DNA of 64,000 nucleotides from positions 2,400,001-2,464,000 of the forward strand of contig CM000151.3 of NCBI GenBank assembly GCA_000004695.1. The letters run 5' to 3'. Under the pieces are notes generated by a model. It was not told the DNA's origin and did no database searches. It saw nothing but the letters and a program-made list of their open reading frames with translations. Positions 1 to 11,800 of this stretch are shown here, piece after piece. The translations under genes and the position numbers were made by a program. The stretch's first letter is position 1. Each line of letters begins with the position of its first letter. The stretch comes from Dictyostelium discoideum (lineage: Eukaryota).

Positions 1-264
1 TCCAACATTCAAACACACAGATCAGTTTTTTTTGGTTTTTGGATTTTTGTTGATAAAAATTTATTTTTTTTTTAATTTTTTTTTTTCTGATTGGCCCAGG
101 CTGTTCGGTATCGAAAAATTATTAAGATATTTTTAGATATGTTTTTTTTTTTAAAAAAAAACTGAGAAGAAAAATTTTTTTTTTTTTTTTTTTGATTGCA
201 ATTGCAGTTGTGAATTTTTTTTTTCTTCTTTTTTTATTTATTCATATTAAATATAAAAAAAAAA

Positions 265-682
265 ATGATCAGAAAACGAATACTATTATTAATTCTAATA
301 ATAATAGTAATATTACAAATTTTTAGGGTTGAAGGAAATCCAGCAATTCAAATTTATGATGTTTCTAGTGAAGAATACTCATATAATAAATATCCAACAA
401 ATACAAATGACAAATATTGTAATTTTTTTTTCTTAATATTTGTAACCGATACTTCAGATACTGGAGTTCAATTAAAAATAAAAACCAACGATTCAGACGC
501 AACAATTTCAACACCAGCATTTAAAAATATTTCAAGTCAAGTTCTTCCAATTTATGTAAATACTAAATCACCAAATGATTATTCATTATTAATTACGGCA
601 GAATATGATAATGATACATCAATTTATAGTAGTATTATAATTAATTATTCTTGTCAATGTTTGTATTGATTATTTTTTTAAG

Positions 683-741
<59 letters not shown>

Positions 742-3700
742 AAATAAATAATTAATTAAATAATTAAATAAATTAAATAGATATTCCACGAGAATCAATG
801 AAAATAAATTTATATCATACTGGTAAATATAAGCATCCAATTTACCCATTTTCAACAATAATGTACATTACAGGATTAAAATACCCATTGGGTCAATTAC
901 AAGTTGACAAACCGTATAATGTAAAAGTTGATAATATAAGGCCATTTGTCTATCATATTGGTGACGAATTTAATGGATTTATTAAACCAGATTTTAATAT
1001 ATCACTATGGTTCATGGATAGTTCAAATAATACTTATTCATTAAATTATACAATTCCAAGTTTAATTTATTCAAGTAAGTAATTATTGTTATTATTATTA
1101 TTGTTTTTATTATTATTATTATTTTAAAAATTAATATATTAAATTATAATTTTAAAAATTCAGATTCAAATGTAAAAGAAAAGGATATTACATTTAAAAT
1201 TTATCCTAATCAAACAAATGTTATAGAATTTGGATTTATTTGTCCACCAATTTATTCTATTACATTAAATGAAACAATTGGATTAAGCGACCCATTGTTT
1301 ATTAATGAAAATATAGGTTTAAATCCATGGGCATCTTATGAAATGCCAGGAAAAGGTACAACATTCCTTGGTCAAGTTTCTTCCGATTATTCAATTGGTG
1401 CTCAAATTAATGGCACCTTAACTACAATTTATTATCAATTTTTAAAGGTCTCATGTAAGTTTATTATTATTATTATTATTTTTTTTTATTATTGTTTATT
1501 TTTATTATTTTAAAAAATCATTTTTGTTAATAATTTTAATAATATTATTATTATTGTTTTTTAAATATATAGATAATATTGATAGAAAATTTCCATCTTT
1601 TCAAATTGATTATTCACCACCATTACCTTCACTTTCATCAATATTTTCAATTAAATTTAATTCAACTAAAAAATTTGATTTATTCAATTATTCAATTAGA
1701 TGGTTTGAAAGTTTTTCAAATAGTTATAAATGGCCTTTTGGTTTCGAAAGTGGTCATAATTCAAATTATTCATTCAAGTCATCATTTCTACAATCTGAAA
1801 TCTCTGTAAATCCCTACAACTCACTTTATTTCAATCAAGATCATTCTTTAACGCAAATTAGTAATCAACAAGGTAATTGTTTTTTTTTATTTTTTATTAT
1901 TATTTAATAAAATTATTATATTAATTAAAATAATTTTATTATAAATAATAGTTGTGGATATAAATACATTACCAATATTAGAATTAGAATCATTTAATTC
2001 TACTCATTTATATAATCAAGTTTATTTATTTAAGATTAAAATAAAACCAATTTATCAAAGTAAAGGGTACAGTACTTTTATTAAAATTAATGATAATGTT
2101 AATCAAGTATTAAGATATGACTCAATGCCTGATATCGAAAACAATATATATGAAACTGTTTTAAATTTTCATGAAGGTATATTAAATAGTTTAAATATTG
2201 GTGATTCTTATTCAAGACAATCTCAATTTTATAATCCATTTCAATATTATTCAATTGATCCACTTTTAAAACTTGATTTTAAATATTCTGATATGATTTC
2301 AGTTTTAATTGGTAATGTAACTTATTTAATAAATAACATTGATGTAACAAATAAATCAGTTGATAATATAATTTATTTCAATTATAATGGTACTCAAGAA
2401 CCTAAAGATGATACAATTAATTTCTCATTTTTAATTTTATCTCATGAGTTTAAAGTAACTGGAGTCGTAGATTATGATAATATTACAACTTCAATTTGGA
2501 ATTCAACAATTTCAAAATATCAAATTAAATTTACAGTTCCTGCAAATACTAGACCTGGTCCACTTGGTTTTGCTTTACTTTGTGGTTATTCAAGTTCATT
2601 AATAAGTGATTTCTTACCTTTATCTTCTCAATTAATTATTGAATCTAAACATTTCGATGAATATGGACCAATATTTAGTAATATTGAAAAAGTTAATTCA
2701 ACAAATGAATTTGGTTGGAAATTTACAATAGATGATCCAATTAATGGTTTTGATTATGCTGATATTATAGTTAGAGGTGAAATGGATAGTTCAACTTATA
2801 AATTCCATTTAACAACTCAAAATTTAACAAGAGGTGATAAATTTAATGGTGATTATCAAATTAATATAACTTTACCAAGTAAATGTGCATCTCAAAATTA
2901 TATTATCACACAAGTTAAATTATATGATACTCAAGGTTATTTAGGTGAATTTTCAGTATCCAGTGGATTTAATGGTATTAGAAATGTATTTATAAATTAT
3001 TTATCAGATCCAACAATAAATAAAGTATATAAAACATGTAGTGGTGAAAATGATGGTATCGATAGTTCACCACCAATTTTAACTTCATTCATACCAATAT
3101 TAAAACAAAATAGTGATGGTACTCAATACTTATCATTCAACTTTGAAGCAGTAGATATTGAAAGTGGTTTAAAAGATAAACAATATCCAATTGTTTATAT
3201 CCAAACAACAGATTTAAGAACACTTGAATGTGTATCATCTATTATTTCAATAAATGAAACAACTTCAACCTATAAATGCACTATCAATTTACCAAATGGA
3301 TTCGGATACAATTCAGATATTATTTTCAGTGTTTATGGATTCATTAATAATGGCGGTTATTATAGCGGATATTCAAGCGAATCACTAAATAGTTTATCTT
3401 TTATATATTCAATGAGCGATATATCCATAAACAAAGTAATACAAATTAATACCTGTAGCAAATTTGTATCTGGTGATAGCGAGTTATGGATAACAGGTAG
3501 AGGTTTCAATTCAACAAAACAACAAGTATATGTAAAATATTTTGGAGAACCTGGATTTAATCAAATAATAGTACCAAATAAAGTTTATTGGAGTGCAATG
3601 TTTATTAAAAATATTAAACCAACTGATAAACCATTCATTATCAAAGTTTCGGACTATCCACTCACATCAAATGAATTCACTGTTATTCCTATAGTTTATA

Positions 3701-4860
3701 ATTTTACGATTCCCTTAACACCAACAGAAACACCAACAGAAACACCAACAGAAACACCAACAGAGACACCAACACAAACACCAATACCTACATCATCACC
3801 AATACCAACGAATAAACCACAAACATGTTTAGGTGAACCAGTATGTGGTGGATCAAAACAAGGTTTTTGTTCATCAAGTGGATGTATTTGTTATCCACCT
3901 TGGATTGGTAATGATTGTAATTCACAAGTTATAATTATACCACAACCATCAACAAATACATCACAACCATCAACTGAATTACCAATTATAGAAAACAATA
4001 ATCAAACATCAAATAGTACAAATTATTTATTCAAATCATTGATTTCAATTGTATCATTAAGAGAATTAGATTTTAATTCAAATCAAGTTAATTTATATAC
4101 ATTTGATAAATGGATTTATACACCAATTAATAATATTAAAAGTCAATACTTTACAAGTATTCAAAGTGGTGATACAAAATCAACAAATACATTAACAACT
4201 AATATTACTGTAACTTTAGAATGGTTCAATCAAACGACAATCATTCAATTTGCAAATAATAATATAACAATGAATCCATCAAGTATTAAATATACAATTG
4301 AAATTACAGAATATAAATTTTTAAATCAATTAAATAGTCTTCAACTTGTAATGTCAGCATTATTCGAATCATCAAATTCCAAAGATACTTGTTCATTAAA
4401 AGAATTTGGAGATACAAGTGATGGTGATAATTCAAACTTCTTTAAAATTCAAATTGATGACCATTCACTTTATGGTAGATTCATTAAAAGAGCAATCATC
4501 GATTCAAAAGTATCTTCAATTGAAAATCAATTATTAGATTCAAAAATGAACTCAATTCAAACATCATCAGTATCACAATCATTCATTGGTATTACAATAC
4601 CAAATTATAAACAATCAATAATTATTGATCCAGACTTTTCAGTATTAGTAGATAGTAAACCAGTATCAAATAATGATAATAATTCAATTTGTACATCAAA
4701 TAAATCAAAACTAACAAGTGCTCAACTCGCTGGTATTATTATTGGTTCCGTTGCTTTTGCCACTGTAGTTATTGTATCAGTTGTTTACTTGGTCGTGAAA
4801 AACAGAAAATCAGATTTATTCCAAAGAAAAGTACAAAACAAATTACAAAAAATGAACTGA
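265..4860 (+). CDS. Tandem paralog 1 of a large type-I membrane glycoprotein family (signal peptide, NxS/T-rich ectodomain, Thr/Pro linker, EGF-like Cys module, single TM helix, short basic tail); 5 exons, ~1396 aa
   Basis: ORF-track pieces 265-669, 798-1082, 1295-1513, 1524-1907, 1954-4860 join through short AT-rich GT..AG introns. Exons are ~265-658, 781-1074, 1164-1454, 1573-1872, 1952-4860, and every junction is phase 1. Donors are gtttgt/gtaagt/gtaatt; acceptors are atag/cag/tatag. N-term MIRKRILLLILIIIVIL is a signal-like peptide. The C-term is AGIIIGSVAFATVVIVSVVYLVV followed by KNRKS. The Cys module CLGEPVCGGSKQGFCSSSGCICYPPWIGNDC is EGF-like. The junctions fit the same model in copies 2 and 3. 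Confidence 0.6.
3718..3777 (+). repeat. Coding 12-bp tandem repeat (acaccaacagaa x4, then variants) giving PTETPTETPTETPTETPTQTP in the mucin-like linker; copies 2 and 3 have only DPTPTQTP here
   Basis: The unit repeats directly in the sequence. It encodes the TETP x4 segment of ORF 1954-4860. The corresponding linker in ORFs 10638-13313 and 16065-18740 is shorter. Confidence 0.8.
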
Positions 4861-5346
4861 TCAGTTAATTTAATTCAAATATTCTAATTAAAAATCTTGG
4901 AAAATAAAAATTATTATTTTTTTTATTAATTTTTAAAAATTTCTTTATGCATTTACTTATTATTTATTTGTCTTTTCTTATGTATATGTAAAAAAAAAAA
5001 TTTCTACTGTAGTGGTTCAACAAAAAAAAAATTAAAAACAAATTAATTAGGTTTACCCACACATTTATTATTTATTTGAAATTATTAAAATTTTTCCAAT
5101 ATTTAAAAATGATGATGTTTAAATTTTTTTATTTTTATTGTTGTTGAAGTGTTAATAAATATTAAACCATTCCTAATGTCATAGTGTATAGATAGATTTA
5201 TATTCTCTCCAATCTTTGGCACAGGATCGTTTGGTAGGTTTATCAGGTTTAATAGTTTTAACAGTTCAACATGTTTAACAGACTGGAAATAAAAAATCTT
5301 CCAATTGAAATTTATTTATTTTATTTTATTTTATTTTATTTTGTTT

Positions 5347-7040
5347 TTATTCATTAAGTTTCATTTCATATAATTTAGCAATATCATCTTCATAATCAGA
5401 AGCTTTTTCAGCAGATTTTTCACAATTAACTTCATTTACATCTTCACCCTTTGAATTTTTAGGTTCAATTTGTTGAACCACTTGAGTCAACTCATCAAAT
5501 TCATCGCTGATTGTTGAGTAACCTTCAACAAATTCTCGTTCACAAGAATTGGAATCATCGAGTAAATTATCAAAGAATTGACCATCGATAAAAGTGTTGA
5601 AAAGTTTTAAACAGTTTGTTTCTTTGGTATGTTTTTTGACAATATTTAATATTTTGGCAATGCCCTCCAAATAGTAATAAAAAGAATTTTTTCGAGCTTT
5701 AGATGCTGAATAATTCTGTTTCAAACATTCAAGACAATCGTTCTGTATTAAGTAAGGCAATTGCAGAGTTGAGAGTATAATTGATTTAATGTCAACTAGT
5801 AATGATGTTGATCTTTTAGAACAAAACATTTGGACATTAGGTAATATCACTGGTGATTCATTCCAAAATAGAGATAGTGTACTCAATTAAGGTATAGTAT
5901 TACATTTGATAGAAATATTGAAAACTCATTCAAAGAAATCACTAGTTTCAAATGTAGCTTGGGTCATTAAAAATCTATGTCGTGGTGTACCACGTACTGA
6001 ATTTAGACTCGTTAAGCCACTATTACCATCAATAAAGAGTTGCTCTTAACTTGGCATAAAGAAGCTGATGTCATATCAGAAGCATTGTGGGCATTATCAT
6101 GCTTGACCGAATCAACCAATGAAGAGCATGAGATCTTTGACAATATTATATCTATGGGATTGGTTGAGGTTATCATTGAAATCATTTTCGAATCAGATCA
6201 AAAAGATTGTATTAAATACGGATTCAATACAATTGGTAATATGCTTTCAGGTTTCTATGACGTTATAGAGTATTTGTTACAATGTAATGTATTGAAAGTG
6301 TTTCCTAAAATCTTATCATCACCATCAGAAGCATTGGTGACGTGAGGTTATTATTTTTTATTATATATTACCAATGGTCCAACAGATCAAGTCCAAAGAG
6401 TCATAGACGAATGTTTGCTTAAAAGAGCTATTGAAACCGGTAAAAACTCATCGATCAATTTAAGAACAAAACTTGAAGCCACCTGCGCTATTGCTAAGGC
6501 TATCTGTGGTGCCTCAACTCTGCAATTGCCTTACTTAATACAGAATTATGAATTTCATTCCCTACAATATAATTTGTATGTTTTGAAGATCCTGATGCAA
6601 CATTTGTTAATGCCCATGATGCTTCGTATTGAATTGAAGTATCTGTTTCATCAACTAAATATCTATGTAAAATTAGTACTAACCCTGAACTAATAACTCT
6701 ATCAATTTGTGGATTATTATCTTTTTTTTATAATAAATAATAAAAAAAAAAAAAAAAAAGTCATTTAAAAAAAAAAAGTCAATTTAAAAAAAAAAAAGTC
6801 AATTAAAAAAAAAAAAAAATAAAAATAAAAAACTTACCATCAGATAAAATTTCTCTAACACATTTAACTGCTTCATATCTTTCTTGTCTATTTGGTGATG
6901 AAATATTTTTAAAAATTAAATAAAATTTATCATTTTGAGTATATATATATAATTAATAAAAATTAATTATTTAAACAAATTGAAAAAATAAAAAAATAAA
7001 AAAAACTTACTAAGGTATTTTGATGTAATGATTCATCGAT
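5347..7040. pseudogene. Importin-alpha (karyopherin-alpha, ARM-repeat) like gene remnant with a rearranged order and internal stops
   Basis: + strand 5790-6350 encodes ARM-repeat motifs: ...IWTLGNITGDSFQNRD (ARM2-like), VSNVAWVIKNLCRG (ARM3-like), EALWALSCLTESTNEEHEIF...IGNMLSG (ARM4-6-like, ORF 6040-6345), with stops and frame changes. - strand 6720-6560 encodes IQYEASWALTNVASGSS (ARM1-like). - strand 6900-6840 encodes NISSPNRQERYEAVKCVREILSDG (IBB-proximal). - strand ORF 5886-5347 encodes a C-terminal-like tail. The ARM1 part is inverted relative to ARM2-6. Confidence 0.45.
5741..6553. repeat. 33-bp perfect inverted repeat (ctcaactctgcaattgccttacttaatacagaa) at 5741-5773 (reverse complement) and 6521-6553 (direct), bracketing the inverted ARM2-6 segment
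   Basis: Direct comparison of the two loci. Both arms translate to STLQLPYLIQN, in - ORF 5347-5886 and in + ORF 6415-6693. Confidence 0.7.
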
Positions 7041-7149
7041 ATGGTGTATGTGTCAAAATATTTTTAAAATTATGGATTTAAAAAAAAAAAAAAAAAAAAT
7101 TATTTGAAAATATTTTTTTTTTTTTTTAAATATTAAATTTTTTATTTTT

Positions 7150-7495
7150 AAATCTTAATAGGAGTTGATAATATAATTTATTTCAATTATAATGATACTC
7201 AGGCCACAGTGATCTTCAGCTACATTCTCACTTTTTATTTTAAATAGTAGTAATACAGATATGATCTAATATATATTTCAATAGTTTCAAAAAATCAAAT
7301 TAAATTTACAGTTCTTACAAATACTAGACCTGATCCACTCAGTTTCTTTTTAATTAGTACTTATCAATCTTCAATAACAAATGATATGTTTCCTTTATCA
7401 TCACAACTATTAATTGTTTCTAAACATTTCAATGAATATGGACCAATATTGACTATGGCGGTTATTATAGCGGATATTCAAGCGAATCACTTATA
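7150..7495 (+). pseudogene. Relic fragment of the membrane-glycoprotein family with an internal ~0.7 kb deletion and stops
   Basis: 7150-7440 matches copy-2 exon 5 around 10875-11190 (SVDNIIYFNYN.TQ...KFTVL.NTRP.PLSFFL...DMFPLSSQL..VSKHF.EYGPI). It then jumps directly to ggcggttattatagcggatattcaagcgaatcact (GGYYSGYSSESL), which is copy-2 ~11860. It has no start codon and does contain in-frame stops. Confidence 0.55.
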
Positions 7496-7977
7496 AAGGA
7501 AATTCCTTTATATAACAAAGGAAAATAATAATGAAAAAAAAGATATTAATATTTAAAATTAATTTAATATTTTTTATCATTTTTATTATAATATCAACAA
7601 ATAATTTTATTTTATTATTCTCTGTGTATTGGTGATTTTTTTTTTTTTTTTTTTTTTTTATAAATTAAAATTCATTGTTCCATAATTTAAATTAAATAAA
7701 GAAATTTATTGTGCATTTTAAAATTAAAATAAATAAACATATTTATTATTTTTTATTGTTTATTGTTTATTGTTTATTACTTTAAAATTAAAATTCTTTA
7801 TTTGATAATATAAATATAACTACTTTACATTTAAATAAACCTATTGATTGATTTTTGTTTAATCCTTTAAATTAAAACTCTTTATTTGGTAATTTAATTA
7901 AAAATGAATAACTGCTTTATATTTTTTTATATTATATTATTTTTTTTTTTAAATTTTTTTATTTTTTTTCTTTGTTT

Positions 7978-8011
<34 letters not shown>

Positions 8012-8276
8012 TTTTTTAAAAAATATATTTTACTAAAATTTTTCAAAATTAATTATTAAAAAAAGGCACAATAGAAAATTCAATAACCAAAATTTTTTTT
8101 TTTGATTTTTTTTATTATATTTTTTTATTTTTTTATTTGGCTAAATTATTACTAAACAAAAAATGGTATACATTTGTAGAGGTTGTAATCAACCTAAAAA
8201 AGAACAATGTCAATGCAAACAACTACTAGCAACATTAGGAACACAACAAAAACTAATACAAGCACAACAACAACTA

Positions 8277-8390
8277 ATACAACAACAAAATCCAAACACA
8301 AATCATATTATGCCAAGTCTTCAATCTGATGAATTCACAACTAATACAACAAAATCCAAACACAAGTCATATTATGCCAAGTCTTCAAGC
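8277..8390 (+). repeat. ~48-bp direct repeat x2 (aatacaacaacaaaatccaaacacaa(a/g)tcatattatgccaagtcttcaa) separated by 18 bp
   Basis: Seen directly in the sequence. It lies inside the low-complexity ORF 8163-8393, which has no other gene support. Confidence 0.5.
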
Positions 8391-8532
8391 TAATGGATTT
8401 ATAACAACTAAACAAGGTATTTTGGACTAAATAAACAAAATCTTCAACAAATAAAACATAAATGATTTTATTCCAGATCCAACTCTACCAAACAAATTTT
8501 ATGTTAGTATTAGAAATTAAATAAATTAAACA

Positions 8533-8580
<48 letters not shown>

Positions 8581-8697
8581 GTACCATTTATAATGTGTTT
8601 GTTGGGATCAAAAAAAAGAAATAAAAAATAAAAACAATGAAATTTTGTTGTGAGGTAGTCTTGAAATTCAAAAAATATTTTTTTTAATTTTTTTTTT

Positions 8698-8757
8698 AAA
8701 ATATCTTTTTATAAATATCTTTTTATAAATATCTTTATCAAATCGTAAAAAAAAAAA
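8698..8757 (+). promoter_or_regulatory. Conserved upstream element: (AAATATCTTTTT)x3 followed by CAAATCGTAAAAAAAAAA, ~55 bp upstream of the copy-2 ATG
   Basis: A nearly identical element at 14044-14100 precedes the copy-3 ATG, with x2 of the first box. A related aaaatatctattttt box at 20581-20595 precedes copy 4. aaaatatctttgg sits in the palindrome loop upstream of copy 5. Confidence 0.4.
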
Positions 8758-8809
8758 TGGGGAACGTTTTTTTTTTTTTTTTTTTTATTTTTTTTTTTAA
8801 AAAAAAAAA

Positions 8810-11800
8810 ATGATAAAGAAAATTTTATTAATAATCCTAACATTGGTGATAATAAATAGCTTTTCAACAATAAATAATTTAATAATTGGGGTTGAAGGAC
8901 AGTTTCAATTGTATGATATTACAAATCAAGAAGAAGGTGCTTATAATAGATACCCAGATTCAACAAATCAAAAAATTTGTTCATATGTTTTTTCGATTGC
9001 AATAGTTGATTACTCGAATAGTGGGGCAACTTTGAATGTTTTCACCAATGATACAGATGCAATGGTCTATCAAATCATTAGGAAAGAATATGGAGGAATT
9101 GCCACAGTTATAGTTAAAAATAAAACACCAAATACTTATACATTATTAATAAATGCAACATTGCAAAATGGTCAAAATATTTATAAGAATATCTCAATAA
9201 CTTATTCTTGTGAATGTTTGTATATAAAATTTAAAATTAAAAAAACAAAAATAAATAATTAATTAATTTCAATACCAATTTTATATAGATATCCCTCGAG
9301 AATTGATGAAGGTCAATGTTTTAACAAGTAACAATTATAAATTTACAATTAATCCTTATACAACATTAATACACTTTACAGGTTTAAAATATCAAATATC
9401 TTATCTAAATGTTTCAAGTCCTTCTTGGATAAACATAAATAATTTTTATTCAAATTTATTATATGTTAGTGTAGATTTTAATAAATATAATTTTGTACCA
9501 GAGTCTAATATATCAATACTTTTCTTGGATAGTTCAGATCAACAATATACTGTGAATATTACAATTCCTTTTTTTTATTTTTCAAGTAAGTATAATAATT
9601 AAATTTAAAAAAAAAAAAATAAGATATTAAAATTATTATTATTATAAGAAATGAATGTAGAAGAAAAGGATATTACATTCAAGATCTATCCAAACCAAAC
9701 CGATGTTACAGTACTTGGAGTTAATTGTTCACCAGTTTACTCTATTACATTAAATGAAACCATTGAATATGATCCATTATTTATTGAAGATGTTTCACGT
9801 CGTATGCCTACTCCATCATATGAAATACCAGGAAAAGGTACAACATTCATTGGTTATGTTTATACACAATATTCTATTTTCGCACAAATTAATAACTCAT
9901 TAACAACAATTTATAGTAACCCAAATTTAAATGTTTCAAGTAAGTTTTTTAAAATTAAATTCAATTACTTTTTAATATATACATATATCAAAGATTAATT
10001 TCTATTGACATTATTTAAAAAAAAATGAATAGAAAACTTTAATTTTACATTTCCAAATGTCATTGTTGAACCAGTATCATTACCTTTAATATTAAACTCA
10101 ACAATGTTTTCATTTGGGTTCACTTCAAGTTTTCAGTATGCAATTTTTCCATTTTATTTTAGATGGAATTTAGGTTTTCAATATATCTTTAGTTGGCCAT
10201 TTGGGTTTGAAAGTGGTCAAAATTCAAACTATTCTTTAAAAGTATCATTTTTAAAACCCACGTATTCGCCAAACAATTTTGGTTTATTGACCTTTAATAA
10301 TGAAAATTTTATTATTCAAATAGACAATAGTAAGTATATATACATATAATCATTAATATTCTAATATACATATATAATCATTAATATTCTAAACTACTAC
10401 TGAATAACACACACACACACCCCACACACAAACAAGTACTAACATTAAAAAATATTTTTAAAAATAGCGATAAATTCATCATTACTACCATTAGAATTAG
10501 AATCATGTAAAGTTATATACCTTTTTGAACAATTTCATTTATTAATAATTAAAATAAAACCAACATATAAAGAGATTGGTTATAATCTTTTCATTCAAAT
10601 TAATGATGATGCAAATGCAATATATAGACAAGAATCATTGGTAGATGCTGAAAATAATATATATGAAATTGTTTATGATTTTAAAGGGCGTGGATTTTCA
10701 GTTTTATCTATTGGAGATTCAACTTTTAAAAAGAGTCAAGTTTATTATGTAAATAGTTATTTTTCAATTAATCCATTTTCAGTTATAGATTATAAAGCTC
10801 CAACAATATTACCTGTTTTAATAGAAAATATTACATTTTTAAAAAATTATATTGATGTGGCAAATAAATCAGTTGATAATATAATTTATTTCAATTATAA
10901 TGGTACTCAAGCCCATAGTGATCCTTCAGCTTCATTCTCACTTTTTATTTTAAATAGTAATACCACAGAATCTAATATAGTTTTCGATAGTTTAAAGTTT
11001 GCAACTTGGAATTCAACAATTTCAAAATATCAAATTAAATTTACAGTTCTTGCAAACACTAGACCTGGTCCACTCAGTTTCTTTTTAATGTGTGGTTATC
11101 AATCTTCAATAACAAATGATATGTTTCCTTTATCATCACAACTATTTATTGTTTCTAAACATTTCGATGCGTATGGACCAATATTTAGTAATATTGAAAA
11201 AATTAATTCACCAAATGAATTTGGTTGGAAATTTACAATAGATGATCCAATTAATGGTTTTGATTATGGTGATATTATAGTGAGAGGTGAAATGGATAGT
11301 TCAACTTATAAATTCCATTTAACAACTCAAAATTTAACAAGAGGTGATAAATTTAATGGTGATTATCAAATTAATATAACTTTACCAAGTAAATGTGCAT
11401 CTCAAAATTATATTATCACACAAGTTAAATTATATGATACTCAAGGCTTTTCAGGTGAATTTTATGTAGTTGGTGAAATGGATGGTATTAAAAATGTATT
11501 TATAAATTATTTATCAGATCCAACAATAAATAAAGTATATAAAACATGTAGTGGTGAAAATGATGGTATCGATAGTTCACCACCAATTTTAACTTCATTC
11601 ATACCAATATTAAAACAAAATAGTGATGGTACTCAATACTTATCATTCAACTTTGAAGCAGTAGATATTGAAAGTGGTTTAAAAGATAAACAATATCCAG
11701 TTGTTTATATTGAAACAATAGAAGTACAAACACTTGAATGTGTATCATCTATTATTTCAATAAACGAAACAGCTGCAACCTATACATGTACTATCGATTT

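Noticed and set aside
670-858. ORF-track ORFs that consist of poly-K/F/I/L/Y/N translations (e.g. 670-858 -, 13693-13902 -, 28323-28520 +, 29144-29468 -, 29602-29784 -, 33789-33971 +, 37570-37821, 43179-43364, 45523-45845, 53432-54113, 59194-59388, 60324-60533)
   Set aside because: They are translations of A/T homopolymers or of (ATT)/(AAT) microsatellites, they have no paralog support, and many are antisense to intron or intergenic sequence.
1295-1809. ORF-track starts at TTG/GTG (e.g. 1295, 1579, 1954, 10638, 16065, 21283, 34234, 35520, 40600, 50606) and the nested ORF 1579-1809
   Set aside because: The track uses alternative start codons. These are internal positions of spliced exons, and 1579-1809 is an alternative frame within exon 4 of copy 1.
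8163-8393. ORF 8163-8393 (Gln-rich, CRGC...CQC N-terminus) as a small gene
   Set aside because: The frame is largely a 48-bp direct duplication. There is no signal, domain or paralog support, and the start is doubtful.
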